A stretch of 64,000 nt of DNA, from positions 124,001 through 188,000 of the IMG/VR virus record IMGVR_UViG_3300031963_000006; one strand, 5' to 3'. Below the pieces are notes generated by a model. That model made no database searches. It was given only the letters and a program-made list of their open reading frames with translations, and was not told the origin of the DNA. This document shows, one piece after another, positions 49,334 through 58,366 of the stretch. The stretch's first letter is position 1, and the number at the start of each line of letters is the position of its first letter. A program made the translations under genes and the position numbers.

Positions 49334-50725
49334 ATGAGATTTACACAACTTCTAACAAATTTGATTTTGGAACAATCACGTTTCCAAGTTCTGTATGACA
49401 AAATGGTTAAACCCGCAAAAGGTTCTGACGAGGAGGGTAAAAAGGCAAAAGGATTGATGCCCTTTGAAGTATTAAAACATATTATTTTTGCTGACCCAAC
49501 CACAGTAGGCCCAAGATTTACAGATAATGAAAGTCGCTTGGAGTTTATATTAACTGCCACAGAGGAAGAAATGGAGAAAGTTAAAGTTGGTAAGTATACT
49601 CAATGGTTGTTGAAGAATTTTGTGGCTCCTACGTTTGATGACATAGATGAGAGAGCTAATATAGAAAAAGGTACTACCGAGTATAAAAGAATGATGAAAG
49701 ATTATCAAAGTTTGTTCTTGGAAGACTTACACAAAATTACCGAAGACCTTAAAAAGTACGAGAGATTTAAGAATCAGTTACCTCAAGATAAAAGAGATAT
49801 CAATAAAATCTCCGCTAGTGAACTTTATGATTTGGTTAAAGATTTTAAATTAGAAAAGACCAAAGCATCCAAAGAGGAAAAAGAACAAGCTAAAACATCA
49901 TACCAATATCCTGGTAGTGAAATCATGTACAGAGGTTCTGATTGGACTTTGATTAAGATTGAAGATAAAGGTGAGATTGGAAAAAATGCCGCAATATTTT
50001 TCGGAGGTTACCAAGATGGAGATAATGGTGAATCAAGATGGTGTACATCCGCACCTGGATTAAGTTACTTTAATACATACATTAAAGATGGACCTTTGTA
50101 TGTTGTTTTACCAAACGATGATAAAGGACAAGTTGGTAAAAGAACAGGACTTCCAGTTGAAAGATATCAGTTTCACTTCCCATCTAATCAATTTATGGAT
50201 AGACACGATAGAACTGTAAGTTTAGTTGAATTGTTAAATGGAAAAATGTCTGAACTTAAAGAGTTCTTTAAACCTGAATTTGCAAAAGGTTTGGTAAGTA
50301 AAGGTGGAAATAAAGTTGAAGTTAATTATCCTGATAGTTCGGCGGGTAAGTTTATTGCTCTATACGGATTTGAAGAATTATTTGAAAGTTTACCTGATAC
50401 AATTGAACATCTTATTGTTACAAACAAATCAAAAGAAAATATTGCTTTGGATGTTCCAGAAAGTATCACAAGATTTAAGAACCTTGATGCGTTACTAATG
50501 TCAAATATTGTTAGAACATTACCTGAAAATTTGGGTGACCTGAAAAATTTGAAGTTTTTGAATTTGGCAAATAACAAAGATTTAGTATCTTTGCCAGAAT
50601 CAATCAAGGACATACCTAATTTGGCCCTACTCAACCTTAAAGGAGCAAATCCAAATGTTGAGATACCACCGGCACTTAAAGAGGTATTGTCTGACGAAGG
50701 AGAAGGATTTTACTATCTTACTTAA
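49334..50725 (+). CDS. Protein with WCT...YF..Y domain and C-terminal leucine-rich repeats
   Basis: SRWCTSA...YFNTY...GPLYV...YQFHF..QFMD; LPENLGDLKNLKFLNLANNKDLVSLPESI LRRs; N-terminal LILEQ. Confidence 0.7.
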   Translation: MRFTQLLTNLILEQSRFQVLYDKMVKPAKGSDEEGKKAKGLMPFEVLKHIIFADPTTVGPRFTDNESRLEFILTATEEEMEKVKVGKYTQWLLKNFVAPTFDDIDERANIEKGTTEYKRMMKDYQSLFLEDLHKITEDLKKYERFKNQLPQDKRDINKISASELYDLVKDFKLEKTKASKEEKEQAKTSYQYPGSEIMYRGSDWTLIKIEDKGEIGKNAAIFFGGYQDGDNGESRWCTSAPGLSYFNTYIKDGPLYVVLPNDDKGQVGKRTGLPVERYQFHFPSNQFMDRHDRTVSLVELLNGKMSELKEFFKPEFAKGLVSKGGNKVEVNYPDSSAGKFIALYGFEELFESLPDTIEHLIVTNKSKENIALDVPESITRFKNLDALLMSNIVRTLPENLGDLKNLKFLNLANNKDLVSLPESIKDIPNLALLNLKGANPNVEIPPALKEVLSDEGEGFYYLT

Positions 50726-50737
50726 AAAATATTTTGT

Positions 50738-51028
50738 ATGAAGAACATTGATGTTGAAATTTACCTAAACCAACTTATCTCATTTTTTGAGAAAAACCCA
50801 AACGATTTGACCGAACTTATTGGAACTTCAATGAAAGAGACCTTTTTTGATAAAGTAAGGGAAGCCTGTACTGAAAATGTTGAAAATGGAGACGAAGTAA
50901 CTCTAACAAATCAACAATTAATTAATATTGTATTGGATATCAAAGGTGTTAAAGGTACCAAAGAAGAATTGGAAGTTATTAACAAAATATTTGTTAAAAA
51001 CAAGTTCGGAACTTTTTGTTTAAATTAA
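50738..51028 (+). CDS. Hypothetical protein
   Basis: 96-aa ORF. Confidence 0.6.
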   Translation: MKNIDVEIYLNQLISFFEKNPNDLTELIGTSMKETFFDKVREACTENVENGDEVTLTNQQLINIVLDIKGVKGTKEELEVINKIFVKNKFGTFCLN

Positions 51029-51060
51029 TTTGGTGGGATAGAGTTTCCGCCATATATTTG
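51029..51060 (+). promoter_or_regulatory. Bacteroidota -33/-7 promoter (early)
   Basis: TTTG (51029-51032), 20 nt, TATATTTG (51053-51060). Confidence 0.75.
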
Positions 51061-51084
51061 TACCACAATTAAAAACAATAACCC

Positions 51085-51834
51085 ATGATGACAATCCAAG
51101 AACTTCAATCAGTAGCACCATCAGTATTCACCACAGAAAAATCCCCAAAACTATCTGACCGTTATATGATGGTCCCAACCATTGATGTCGTAAATAAATT
51201 TATTGACGCAGGTTGGGAAATATCAAAAGCTAATCAAGTAGGTTCGGGTCCGTTTGGACGACACTCAGTTCGTATGAGGAACTCAGTCCTACCAAAAGTC
51301 GGTGATTCTTTGGTTGAGGCTATTATTACCAACTCACACAATGGTACATCTAAACTCGAAATCGGAGCAGGACTATTCCGACTCGTATGTTCCAACGGGC
51401 TTGTTATTTCACAACAAGAATTGATTTCACTCAATCAACGTCACATGAAAATCTCAATGGACGAGGTTGAGATGATTACTGAGACATTCATCAAGTCAAC
51501 TCCTGTGATAGAACGTTCTGTTAACCGTATGACTGAGGTTAAGATGGATACAGACAAACAGGTTGACTTTGCAACCAAGGCGATGGGAATCCGATGGAAG
51601 AATACCGAGGATATCTCAACAATGACCATCGATAGTATTCTTAATCCAATCCGTCGTGATGACATGGACCCGACACTTTGGAACACATTCAATGTAGTTC
51701 AAGAGAAACTAATTCGTGGTGGTTTTGTTAAACAACAGAGTAACAAAACACGTCAGGTGAAACCAATCACATCCCTGACTATGGACACCATGATTAACCA
51801 AAAATTGTGGGAACTCGCTGAGTCCTACATCTAA
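51085..51834 (+). CDS. DUF932/DUF945-family protein
   Basis: APSVF...SDRY..VPT, NSHNGTS, GLFRLVCSNGL, LWNTFNVVQEKLIRGG, NQKLWELA. Confidence 0.85.
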   Translation: MMTIQELQSVAPSVFTTEKSPKLSDRYMMVPTIDVVNKFIDAGWEISKANQVGSGPFGRHSVRMRNSVLPKVGDSLVEAIITNSHNGTSKLEIGAGLFRLVCSNGLVISQQELISLNQRHMKISMDEVEMITETFIKSTPVIERSVNRMTEVKMDTDKQVDFATKAMGIRWKNTEDISTMTIDSILNPIRRDDMDPTLWNTFNVVQEKLIRGGFVKQQSNKTRQVKPITSLTMDTMINQKLWELAESYI

Positions 51835-51842
51835 TTAAACAT

Positions 51843-51866
51843 GGGGGAGGAAACTCCCCCACTTTT
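51843..51866 (+). terminator. Intrinsic terminator
   Basis: GGGGGAG-GAAA-CTCCCCC then ACTTTT. Confidence 0.75.
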
Positions 51867-51877
51867 AACTTTATTTT

Positions 51878-53602
51878 ATGGAAGAAGTATTTGGTAAAAA
51901 ATTTGAAACTCATAAGGTCATAGAATATTATGACTTCAATCCCCTTAAGGAACCAGTCCCTGAGGGAGAAATCGATGTTTTCGGTTTGTATCCTTTTCTT
52001 TATAACCCACCTGTAACGGTATGGAATGAAAAAAGGAGGTCTGAAAGTAATGAAGATTTTGAGGTAAATAAAACCAATACTTTATGTAGGTTGGAACACA
52101 AGAGACTTAGCGTGTTTGTGGTTAAAAATGAGAACAAAATCACCCTCAAATGGTTTTTGTATGCAAGAATAAAAGCAGTTGGTAAAAAGTATTACAAAAT
52201 TACAACTAATTGTTCTTATATTTCTTATAACATTAAAAAGAACTGTTTGTACGTAGGTTCAATTAATAACTTCCATAAGAAAAGAAAAACCTCAAAGTCA
52301 GTAAGGATTTTTACTTTCACAACTGACATAGTTAGAGATAAAATTAGTAGTATTAATTTACTGTTTAATCACATATTTGAGGACCATCCCGGTAAAAAAG
52401 TAAACGTAACAATTGGTCACGATGCATTCAGAGAGTTTTTATCCCACATACCAAAAATAAGATATGAGGAAAACAAAATCTCTACACAGACTTTGTATGG
52501 CACCATTCTAAATAACAAAGGTATAAAACTTTGTAACAATTGGGGAGTCTTTGGTAACATGTGGCCTCAACCAAAAACTATAGATTACAAAAAGAATGGA
52601 CCAAAGTATTTGGACTCTATTATGAAACTTAACGGTTTAAGTGGGGATAAAATTAAACGGGTACTACACAGAGTTAGACATTTTAATGCGGACTTTTTTA
52701 AAACCGCCGTAAATTTATTCGGGAATGATTTTATTTTGGGTCAAAGTGATGACGTGGTTCAAATTTTATTTGAATGTACAGTTAATTCTGAACCACGTAT
52801 GGATTTCTCAGTTATAACATCTAAAAAGGAACGTAATAATATTTTTGAGATATTCAAATTGGTTGCCAAAAATGAGGTGGACCTCCACACATTTTCCGAC
52901 CACATAACCTTCATTAAAAACATTCGACGATTTGAGGATGTTAGATGGAACTCAACAACTTATGATGAGTTTAGGGAAGAACATTTGAATTTAACTGAAC
53001 TTAATCAATATTATACCAAAGGAACCTTCCGTAGAATTTACGGAGATAGATTTGAGGATTATCTAACTCAACCGATTAAGGATGGGGATAACACATATTA
53101 CCCTGTAATACTTAAAACCTCCAAAGAGTATAACACAGAGTCCTTCATTCAATCTAATTGTGTGAAAGGTTATATTCAAAGAGCTGAGGCCTTAATTATT
53201 TCCTTCAGAAAGAATGACCCTGAATCAAAGGAAAGAGCCACGGTTGAATACAAAATCCTCAAAGAAAAAGAAATTGAAATCCAAAGGGTACAAACCAGAG
53301 GAAGGTTTAATAAAGATTTAGAGGAGAGTTGGGAAATACCACTTCAAATATTAGATAAGAGAATGTTTGAATCCACCGAATACAATTTATTTGAGTTACC
53401 TAAGATTGTTTGTAAAGTTGGAAACAAAGAATTTATTTCTGGCTCAATATTCGAAAAACCACAAAGTTATAGTGGTTTAAGATATCAAATGTATGTATTA
53501 AATGCGACTGACATCTTAGTTTGGGAGGATAAAAAGGTTTTAAATATTGATTATAGTGGTAATGATTTAGTTACTATTTTAGATGATGATTTAAATTTCT
53601 AA
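51878..53602 (+). CDS. PcfJ-like domain protein
   Basis: C-terminal LKTSKEYNTESFIQSNCVKGY...RATVEY...QTRGRFN. Confidence 0.7.
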   Translation: MEEVFGKKFETHKVIEYYDFNPLKEPVPEGEIDVFGLYPFLYNPPVTVWNEKRRSESNEDFEVNKTNTLCRLEHKRLSVFVVKNENKITLKWFLYARIKAVGKKYYKITTNCSYISYNIKKNCLYVGSINNFHKKRKTSKSVRIFTFTTDIVRDKISSINLLFNHIFEDHPGKKVNVTIGHDAFREFLSHIPKIRYEENKISTQTLYGTILNNKGIKLCNNWGVFGNMWPQPKTIDYKKNGPKYLDSIMKLNGLSGDKIKRVLHRVRHFNADFFKTAVNLFGNDFILGQSDDVVQILFECTVNSEPRMDFSVITSKKERNNIFEIFKLVAKNEVDLHTFSDHITFIKNIRRFEDVRWNSTTYDEFREEHLNLTELNQYYTKGTFRRIYGDRFEDYLTQPIKDGDNTYYPVILKTSKEYNTESFIQSNCVKGYIQRAEALIISFRKNDPESKERATVEYKILKEKEIEIQRVQTRGRFNKDLEESWEIPLQILDKRMFESTEYNLFELPKIVCKVGNKEFISGSIFEKPQSYSGLRYQMYVLNATDILVWEDKKVLNIDYSGNDLVTILDDDLNF

Positions 53603-53603
53603 T

Positions 53604-53921
53604 ATGATTGAAATACCTAAATTTTGTGTTGACAAATTTAAAACCACATTTGGTTATGAACCGTCATTTATTCAAATAAAGATGGATAACGATGAACGTA
53701 TTGAAAAACTAACTTCTAAATCAAGAACAATATGGTTTTCATCCGTTTTTAGATATAACGGTGTGTTTATAAAAGAGAAATTAGTTGAATATGATGCGAT
53801 GGGTATCTATATTTATATTTTAAGAGATGACGAATCTCCTATAACCGATGTGACATTCATGACCACTATTGATAGACAAAGTGTTTCAGAATTCACAATA
53901 CACAATCTAAATAAAAAATAA
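53604..53921 (+). CDS. Hypothetical protein
   Basis: 105-aa ORF. Confidence 0.6.
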   Translation: MIEIPKFCVDKFKTTFGYEPSFIQIKMDNDERIEKLTSKSRTIWFSSVFRYNGVFIKEKLVEYDAMGIYIYILRDDESPITDVTFMTTIDRQSVSEFTIHNLNKK

Positions 53922-53928
53922 AATTTAG

Positions 53929-53966
53929 GCACAATGGTGATATTTATACAAAAGACACCAATGAGC
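53929..53966 (+). promoter_or_regulatory. Late promoter TATTTATA inside a start-codon-occluding hairpin
   Basis: GCACAATGGTG (53929-53939) pairs imperfectly with CACCAATGAGC (53956-53966); TATTTATA at 53941-53948 lies in the loop. Confidence 0.55.
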
Positions 53967-54620
53967 ACAGAAAAAGGAAAAATATACAAAATAACAAACT
54001 TAGTTAATGGTTTGATTTATATTGGGTGTACTGTGAATCCAATCAAACACAGATTCGAAGAACATTTGTATAGATGTCTCAAAACTGATTATAAGTCAAA
54101 GTTATACAATTCAATAAAAAAATACGGTAAAGAAAATTTTACTATAGAATTGATTGAAGAATGTGACTTGAATATTATTTACGAAACCGAAAAAAAATAT
54201 ATTGAAAAATATGATACTTTTAAAAATGGTTTAAATTCAACATTAGGAGGAGAAGGTTGTTTAGGATATGTTCATTCTGATGATATAAGAAAAAAAATAT
54301 CGGAAAATACTAAAAAAGGAAATTCTCATAAAGGAAAGACTTATGAACAATTATATGGTGATAGAGCCGAAGAGGAAAAATTAAAAAGGAGAGAAAATTC
54401 GGAATGGAAAGAAATGACCGAAGAAGAAAGAAAAAAAAGAGTAGAAAATATTAAAATTGGAAATAGAAAAAAATCAAAGTACAGTTTTGAATTAGTAAAA
54501 GAAATTAAACAAAAAATAAATGAAGGGTTCAAAATAAAAGAACTTAAAAAATTATATCCCCAAGTCTACGAAAATTTTTTCTATGATTTGAAAAATAATA
54601 GAAGATGGTCGGATATATAA
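53961..54620 (+). mobile_element. Free-standing GIY-YIG homing endonuclease (Seg-like, NUMOD3-like DNA-binding motif)
   Basis: KIYKITNLVNGLIYIGCT, conserved R, E and N of GIY-YIG; HSDDIRKKIS; ATG 53961 preferred over 53934. Confidence 0.85.
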
Positions 54621-54633
54621 AAAAACAAAAAAT

Positions 54634-54957
54634 ATGGAAATAGGAACGCAAGAACTAAAGGAAAAAATTCAAAAAGGGGAAAAATTAATTGTCGACTTTT
54701 ATGGAAGTTGGTGTGGTCCCTGTAAAATCTTAAAACCAATTTATGAAAAAGTTGCTAAAGATTTGGAAAATCAAAAATCTGAAGTAAAACTTTACACTAT
54801 GGATGTCGATAAAAATAGAGAAATGGCGGCGTCATTAGGTATTAGAAGTGTGCCAACCGTAAAAAGTTTTGCGAATGGTAAAGAAATGAACACTAAAGTG
54901 GGATTGTTACAGGAAAATATGATATTAGATTTAGCAAAAAATTTATTAAATGGATAA
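54634..54957 (+). CDS. trxA: Thioredoxin
   Basis: VDFYGSWCGPCK, IRSVPT. Confidence 0.92.
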   Translation: MEIGTQELKEKIQKGEKLIVDFYGSWCGPCKILKPIYEKVAKDLENQKSEVKLYTMDVDKNREMAASLGIRSVPTVKSFANGKEMNTKVGLLQENMILDLAKNLLNG

Positions 54958-55231
54958 GATTGTAGTTGTGTTCACAATGAAAACATGTGGATTCTGTGAA
55001 CAATTTAAAACAAAATTGACTGAGAATAACATTGGGTTCGTAAATAGAGATATTAACGAAAACAAAGAGGAATATGACGCTTTCGTGAAAGCCACGGGAA
55101 ATGATTTTGTTCCTTCTTTTATGGTTATAGAATCTCCGAATGAAAATCCAAAGTCGTATTTGTACGCACCTGGAAAAGATTTCGAAGATTTGGACAAAGC
55201 TTTAGGTATTATCAAAGAACACTTAGGTTAG
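54950..55231 (+). CDS. Glutaredoxin/NrdH-like redoxin
   Basis: VFTMKTCGFC, RDI, FVP. Confidence 0.8.
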   Translation: MDKIVVVFTMKTCGFCEQFKTKLTENNIGFVNRDINENKEEYDAFVKATGNDFVPSFMVIESPNENPKSYLYAPGKDFEDLDKALGIIKEHLG

Positions 55232-55233
55232 TT

Positions 55234-55758
55234 ATGAACCTTTCTTTTAGAAAAAAAGGAGTATTACACGTACCTGTCAACTCATGGGAGTTGGATGATG
55301 GTAATACCGTTGTTATATATCAGGGTTCGCGTGGTGCGAATCCTGATTTAGATTTTATTGTCAAATATAAAGCTCCGAATAAAAGATTGAGAGCACCATC
55401 CCATACTCATTGGATTGTTGATTTAATTATCAAATCTAAGTTTGCTCCCGATGAACTATGTTTATTTGTAAATGAATGGATTGAACTCTATGATGTTATT
55501 GAACCGTTCAAAACGGTTGAAGAGAGGGGTAACTACCAATTGATATATAAAGACTACTTCAATGAAAAACATTTTACGTTAGATAATTTGGGAGAATTTT
55601 CACTCGAGTTTGTTTCTACACTTATTGAGTTATTTATACGTTGTGAAAAACAAACGCCAAACGCGTTCATGTTCAAAAATCTACTCCAACTCATGAGTGA
55701 TTATTGTCAAAATAAAAAAGATTTCTATCAAGTCGTATCTTACTCAAAAAGAGTTTAG
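55234..55758 (+). CDS. Hypothetical protein
   Basis: 174-aa ORF; RLRAPSHTHWIVDL and CEKQT look like conserved motifs of unknown family. Confidence 0.6.
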   Translation: MNLSFRKKGVLHVPVNSWELDDGNTVVIYQGSRGANPDLDFIVKYKAPNKRLRAPSHTHWIVDLIIKSKFAPDELCLFVNEWIELYDVIEPFKTVEERGNYQLIYKDYFNEKHFTLDNLGEFSLEFVSTLIELFIRCEKQTPNAFMFKNLLQLMSDYCQNKKDFYQVVSYSKRV

Positions 55759-56579
55759 ATAATATACAACTCTGAAATTCTATCTTTAATCAGCCAAGGT
55801 TTGGTTTCTAATTGACTATCAATTTCTTTGGACAAGTCGTACTTCTTAAGTGTTGTATTTCTGAATCTTTGTATATTGAAGTCAAATACATCTAAAACCA
55901 TTGAACGAACTTGTTCAGTTAAGTATGGAGATGAGGAGATAATCTGAATATCTAAATCACTGTTATCGTCTTTAATATCACTGATTTTAAATGTAATCTT
56001 ATCTGTCTTGATTGATGAGAATAATTGGTTACAAATATATTCAGAATAATACATATGGGCTCTCCCAGTATCTAAACCATAACCATATGGGAATTCTGAT
56101 GTAACACATATGAAATTTTCAGTGAAAAAAGAATTGGGTTCAGGTAAATCGTTGTATTCCAAATCAAACGTTAATTCTTTTTTAAAGTCTAAACTGTTGA
56201 AGGTTAATTCTTTGTGATTATATACATAATTCAGTACTCTATCATGAAACATCGGACGAGGAGTACTGTGAAATTCAAAATAGTATTCGTAAGTTTCTTT
56301 CCAATAACTCTCATCATATTTTATCAAATCAATGGTATTGAGTCTTTCATAATTTAAATCCACCATAGTTTGTTTATTCTCCTCGTAAAATCTTTCTTTG
56401 AGTTCAGTTAAATCGATTACGTTTTTTGATTCAGTTTTACCCGCAACAATCAAAAAATTTTTGAAATCAGAAACTTCAATTATCGTTTTATATTTTTTTT
56501 CTTTCTGAATCTCACAAAGAATAAAATCCGCAAACTTATTCACAATACCTCTTCTCGATTTTGGATTAATGTACCTCAT
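55755..56579 (-). CDS. Degenerate S-adenosylmethionine synthetase (MetK)-derived protein lacking catalytic motifs
   Basis: By-eye alignment to MetK N-terminal and C-terminal segments (see findings); GHPDK, GAGDQG and GGGAFSGKD absent. Confidence 0.65.
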   Translation of the reverse strand: [274 protein letters not shown]

Positions 56580-56636
56580 ATAAAATGTTTTTGAAATAGA
56601 TAAACAAAAAAATTCAAATCCTAAATACTTTAAATT

Positions 56637-56662
56637 AAAAAAGGGGTCAAAACCCCTTTTTT
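56637..56662. terminator. Bidirectional intrinsic terminator
   Basis: AAAAAAGGGGT-CAAA-ACCCCTTTTTT. Confidence 0.8.
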
Positions 56663-56676
56663 AATTTTTCGAAAAA

Positions 56677-56838
56677 TTACTTTTTGTAGTATTTCTCCAC
56701 TGTCTTCCTAATAGACTCCTGAATATTTTGATTGTTACTCGGTGGTGGAGCCTGTTGAGGTTGAGGTTGTGGAGGAACCTGTTGACCCAACGGTTGAGGT
56801 TGAGCCTGATTACCTTTGTTTTTACATCCGCATCCCAT
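56677..56838 (-). CDS. 53-aa MGCGCK / Pro-Gln-rich peptide missed by the ORF track
   Basis: MGCGCKNKGNQAQPQPLGQQVPPQPQPQQAPPPSNNQNIQESIRKTVEKYYKK; upstream minus-strand TATTTAT (56868-56874) and downstream terminator. Confidence 0.7.
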   Translation of the reverse strand: MGCGCKNKGNQAQPQPLGQQVPPQPQPQQAPPPSNNQNIQESIRKTVEKYYKK

Positions 56839-56924
56839 ATCTTTTTATTTTTAAACGTTTATATATCATAAATATCTAAATTTGGTATATATTGTAAATA
56901 TTTTATTTGAATTAACAAATATTT

Positions 56925-58325
56925 ATGATTATGACAAAAAGTCTTAGTTTTAAAAATACCGTAAAAAATATATTGATAGAACAGAATGAAGAAGAGTTCT
57001 ACAAAATTTCACCTGAAGAGTTTACAGAACTAATGAAGTTTGGAAGTTATAATGGTAAAGGTGTGAGTAAACTTAAAATGTTCGGAGGTAAACCAATATG
57101 GATTACTGGTAATTTAGATTTGTCAAATACACCAACAGACTCGTTGGGTAATGTTAAATATGTTGAGGGTAGATTAGATATCAGTAGAACAAATATTAGT
57201 GATTTGTCAGGTGTTAAGGTTAAAGGGTATATTTGGGATGGAGGTTCACCTATTGAAAAAAAGAGACTTGCGGCCATTTTAAAGGAAAAGATGAGAGAGG
57301 CCGATGAAAGAAGACAAAGAGATGAATGGAGTATAGATGGAGGAGACGAAATAGGTTTAAGAGCCCAAGCGTTATATAAAAATTTGATAAATGATGAAAA
57401 AATTTTCGCCCCAACAGGAGAATACGTAGGAGAAATAGAAGGTTTAAAGGCCGACTTGGAGGAATTAACTATTAGGTATAATGAAACTGAAGGGGAAGAC
57501 GATGAATTATATAATAAGATAAGTGATATAGAAGAGAGAATTAACGAACTCCAACAAGGAGTGGTGGATGTATATAACATAGTACCAATGAATTATAACT
57601 ATTATGGTTTACCTCAGTTTGAAGTTATTGGTGTTGATGATTTAGTAGGGGAAGAATATGCGGTTGGTGATGAAAGTGAAATGGATGCCGCGGCACTTCA
57701 ATACGCTAAAAATTATCTTGATGAAGCCGGTGTTGAAGGTTTAAGAGATTATTTTATTGAGGACAATTTAGATACCGATGCGATTGAACAATATTTCAGA
57801 GATTTTTATGATGATGATGTTAGGAATAATCTTGAGGTTTATTTTGACGAAAGTGAACTACCTAACACAGAAGAACAAGAAGAAAGGAAACAGGAATTAG
57901 AGGAATACATTGACAAAGCAGAAGGAGTAGTTAAAAAATTTGAACAAAAACAAGAAGACCTTAAAAATAAAATTGAAGACCCCGATGAATATACTAAACA
58001 GTATAACGAGATTCAATCAAAAATAGATATCATTCAAAATCATATTGATAACTCACAAGAGGAAATTGATAATATAGAATCCACAGGACAGATAACTGAG
58101 GAGATGATTGAAGAAAAGATTGAGGATATGGTATCAGATAAAATGAGTGACCCGAGGGGTTCTTTATCTGAATTTGGTATGGATATTAGTGAATATGTTG
58201 ATATGGATTCACTGGCTGAAGCGCTTGCTGAAAGTGATGGATATGAAGTATTAGCATCTTATGATGGAAGTTATGATGGTGAATACATTGACAACAAGTT
58301 TTACTACGTAATCAGAGTTAACTAA
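56925..58325 (+). CDS. Very acidic protein with short LRR-like repeats and coiled coils, putative head-internal protein
   Basis: NILIEQ leader; ITGNLDLSNT / VEGRLDISRT repeats; TATTTAT at 56920-56926 suggests start 56931. Confidence 0.6.
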   Translation: MIMTKSLSFKNTVKNILIEQNEEEFYKISPEEFTELMKFGSYNGKGVSKLKMFGGKPIWITGNLDLSNTPTDSLGNVKYVEGRLDISRTNISDLSGVKVKGYIWDGGSPIEKKRLAAILKEKMREADERRQRDEWSIDGGDEIGLRAQALYKNLINDEKIFAPTGEYVGEIEGLKADLEELTIRYNETEGEDDELYNKISDIEERINELQQGVVDVYNIVPMNYNYYGLPQFEVIGVDDLVGEEYAVGDESEMDAAALQYAKNYLDEAGVEGLRDYFIEDNLDTDAIEQYFRDFYDDDVRNNLEVYFDESELPNTEEQEERKQELEEYIDKAEGVVKKFEQKQEDLKNKIEDPDEYTKQYNEIQSKIDIIQNHIDNSQEEIDNIESTGQITEEMIEEKIEDMVSDKMSDPRGSLSEFGMDISEYVDMDSLAEALAESDGYEVLASYDGSYDGEYIDNKFYYVIRVN

Positions 58326-58351
58326 ATCTTTTTTTTATCACTAATATCAAC

Positions 58352-58359
58352 TATATTTG
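58352..58359 (+). promoter_or_regulatory. Bacteroidota -7 element TATATTTG
   Basis: 7 nt before ATG 58367; no exact -33 TTTG. Confidence 0.5.
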
Positions 58360-58366
58360 TGATAAC

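Noticed and set aside
53922-54633. Group I intron around the GIY-YIG gene
   Set aside because: Flanks are only about 40 and 13 nt, too short for a ribozyme core, and both neighbouring genes look complete; it is free-standing
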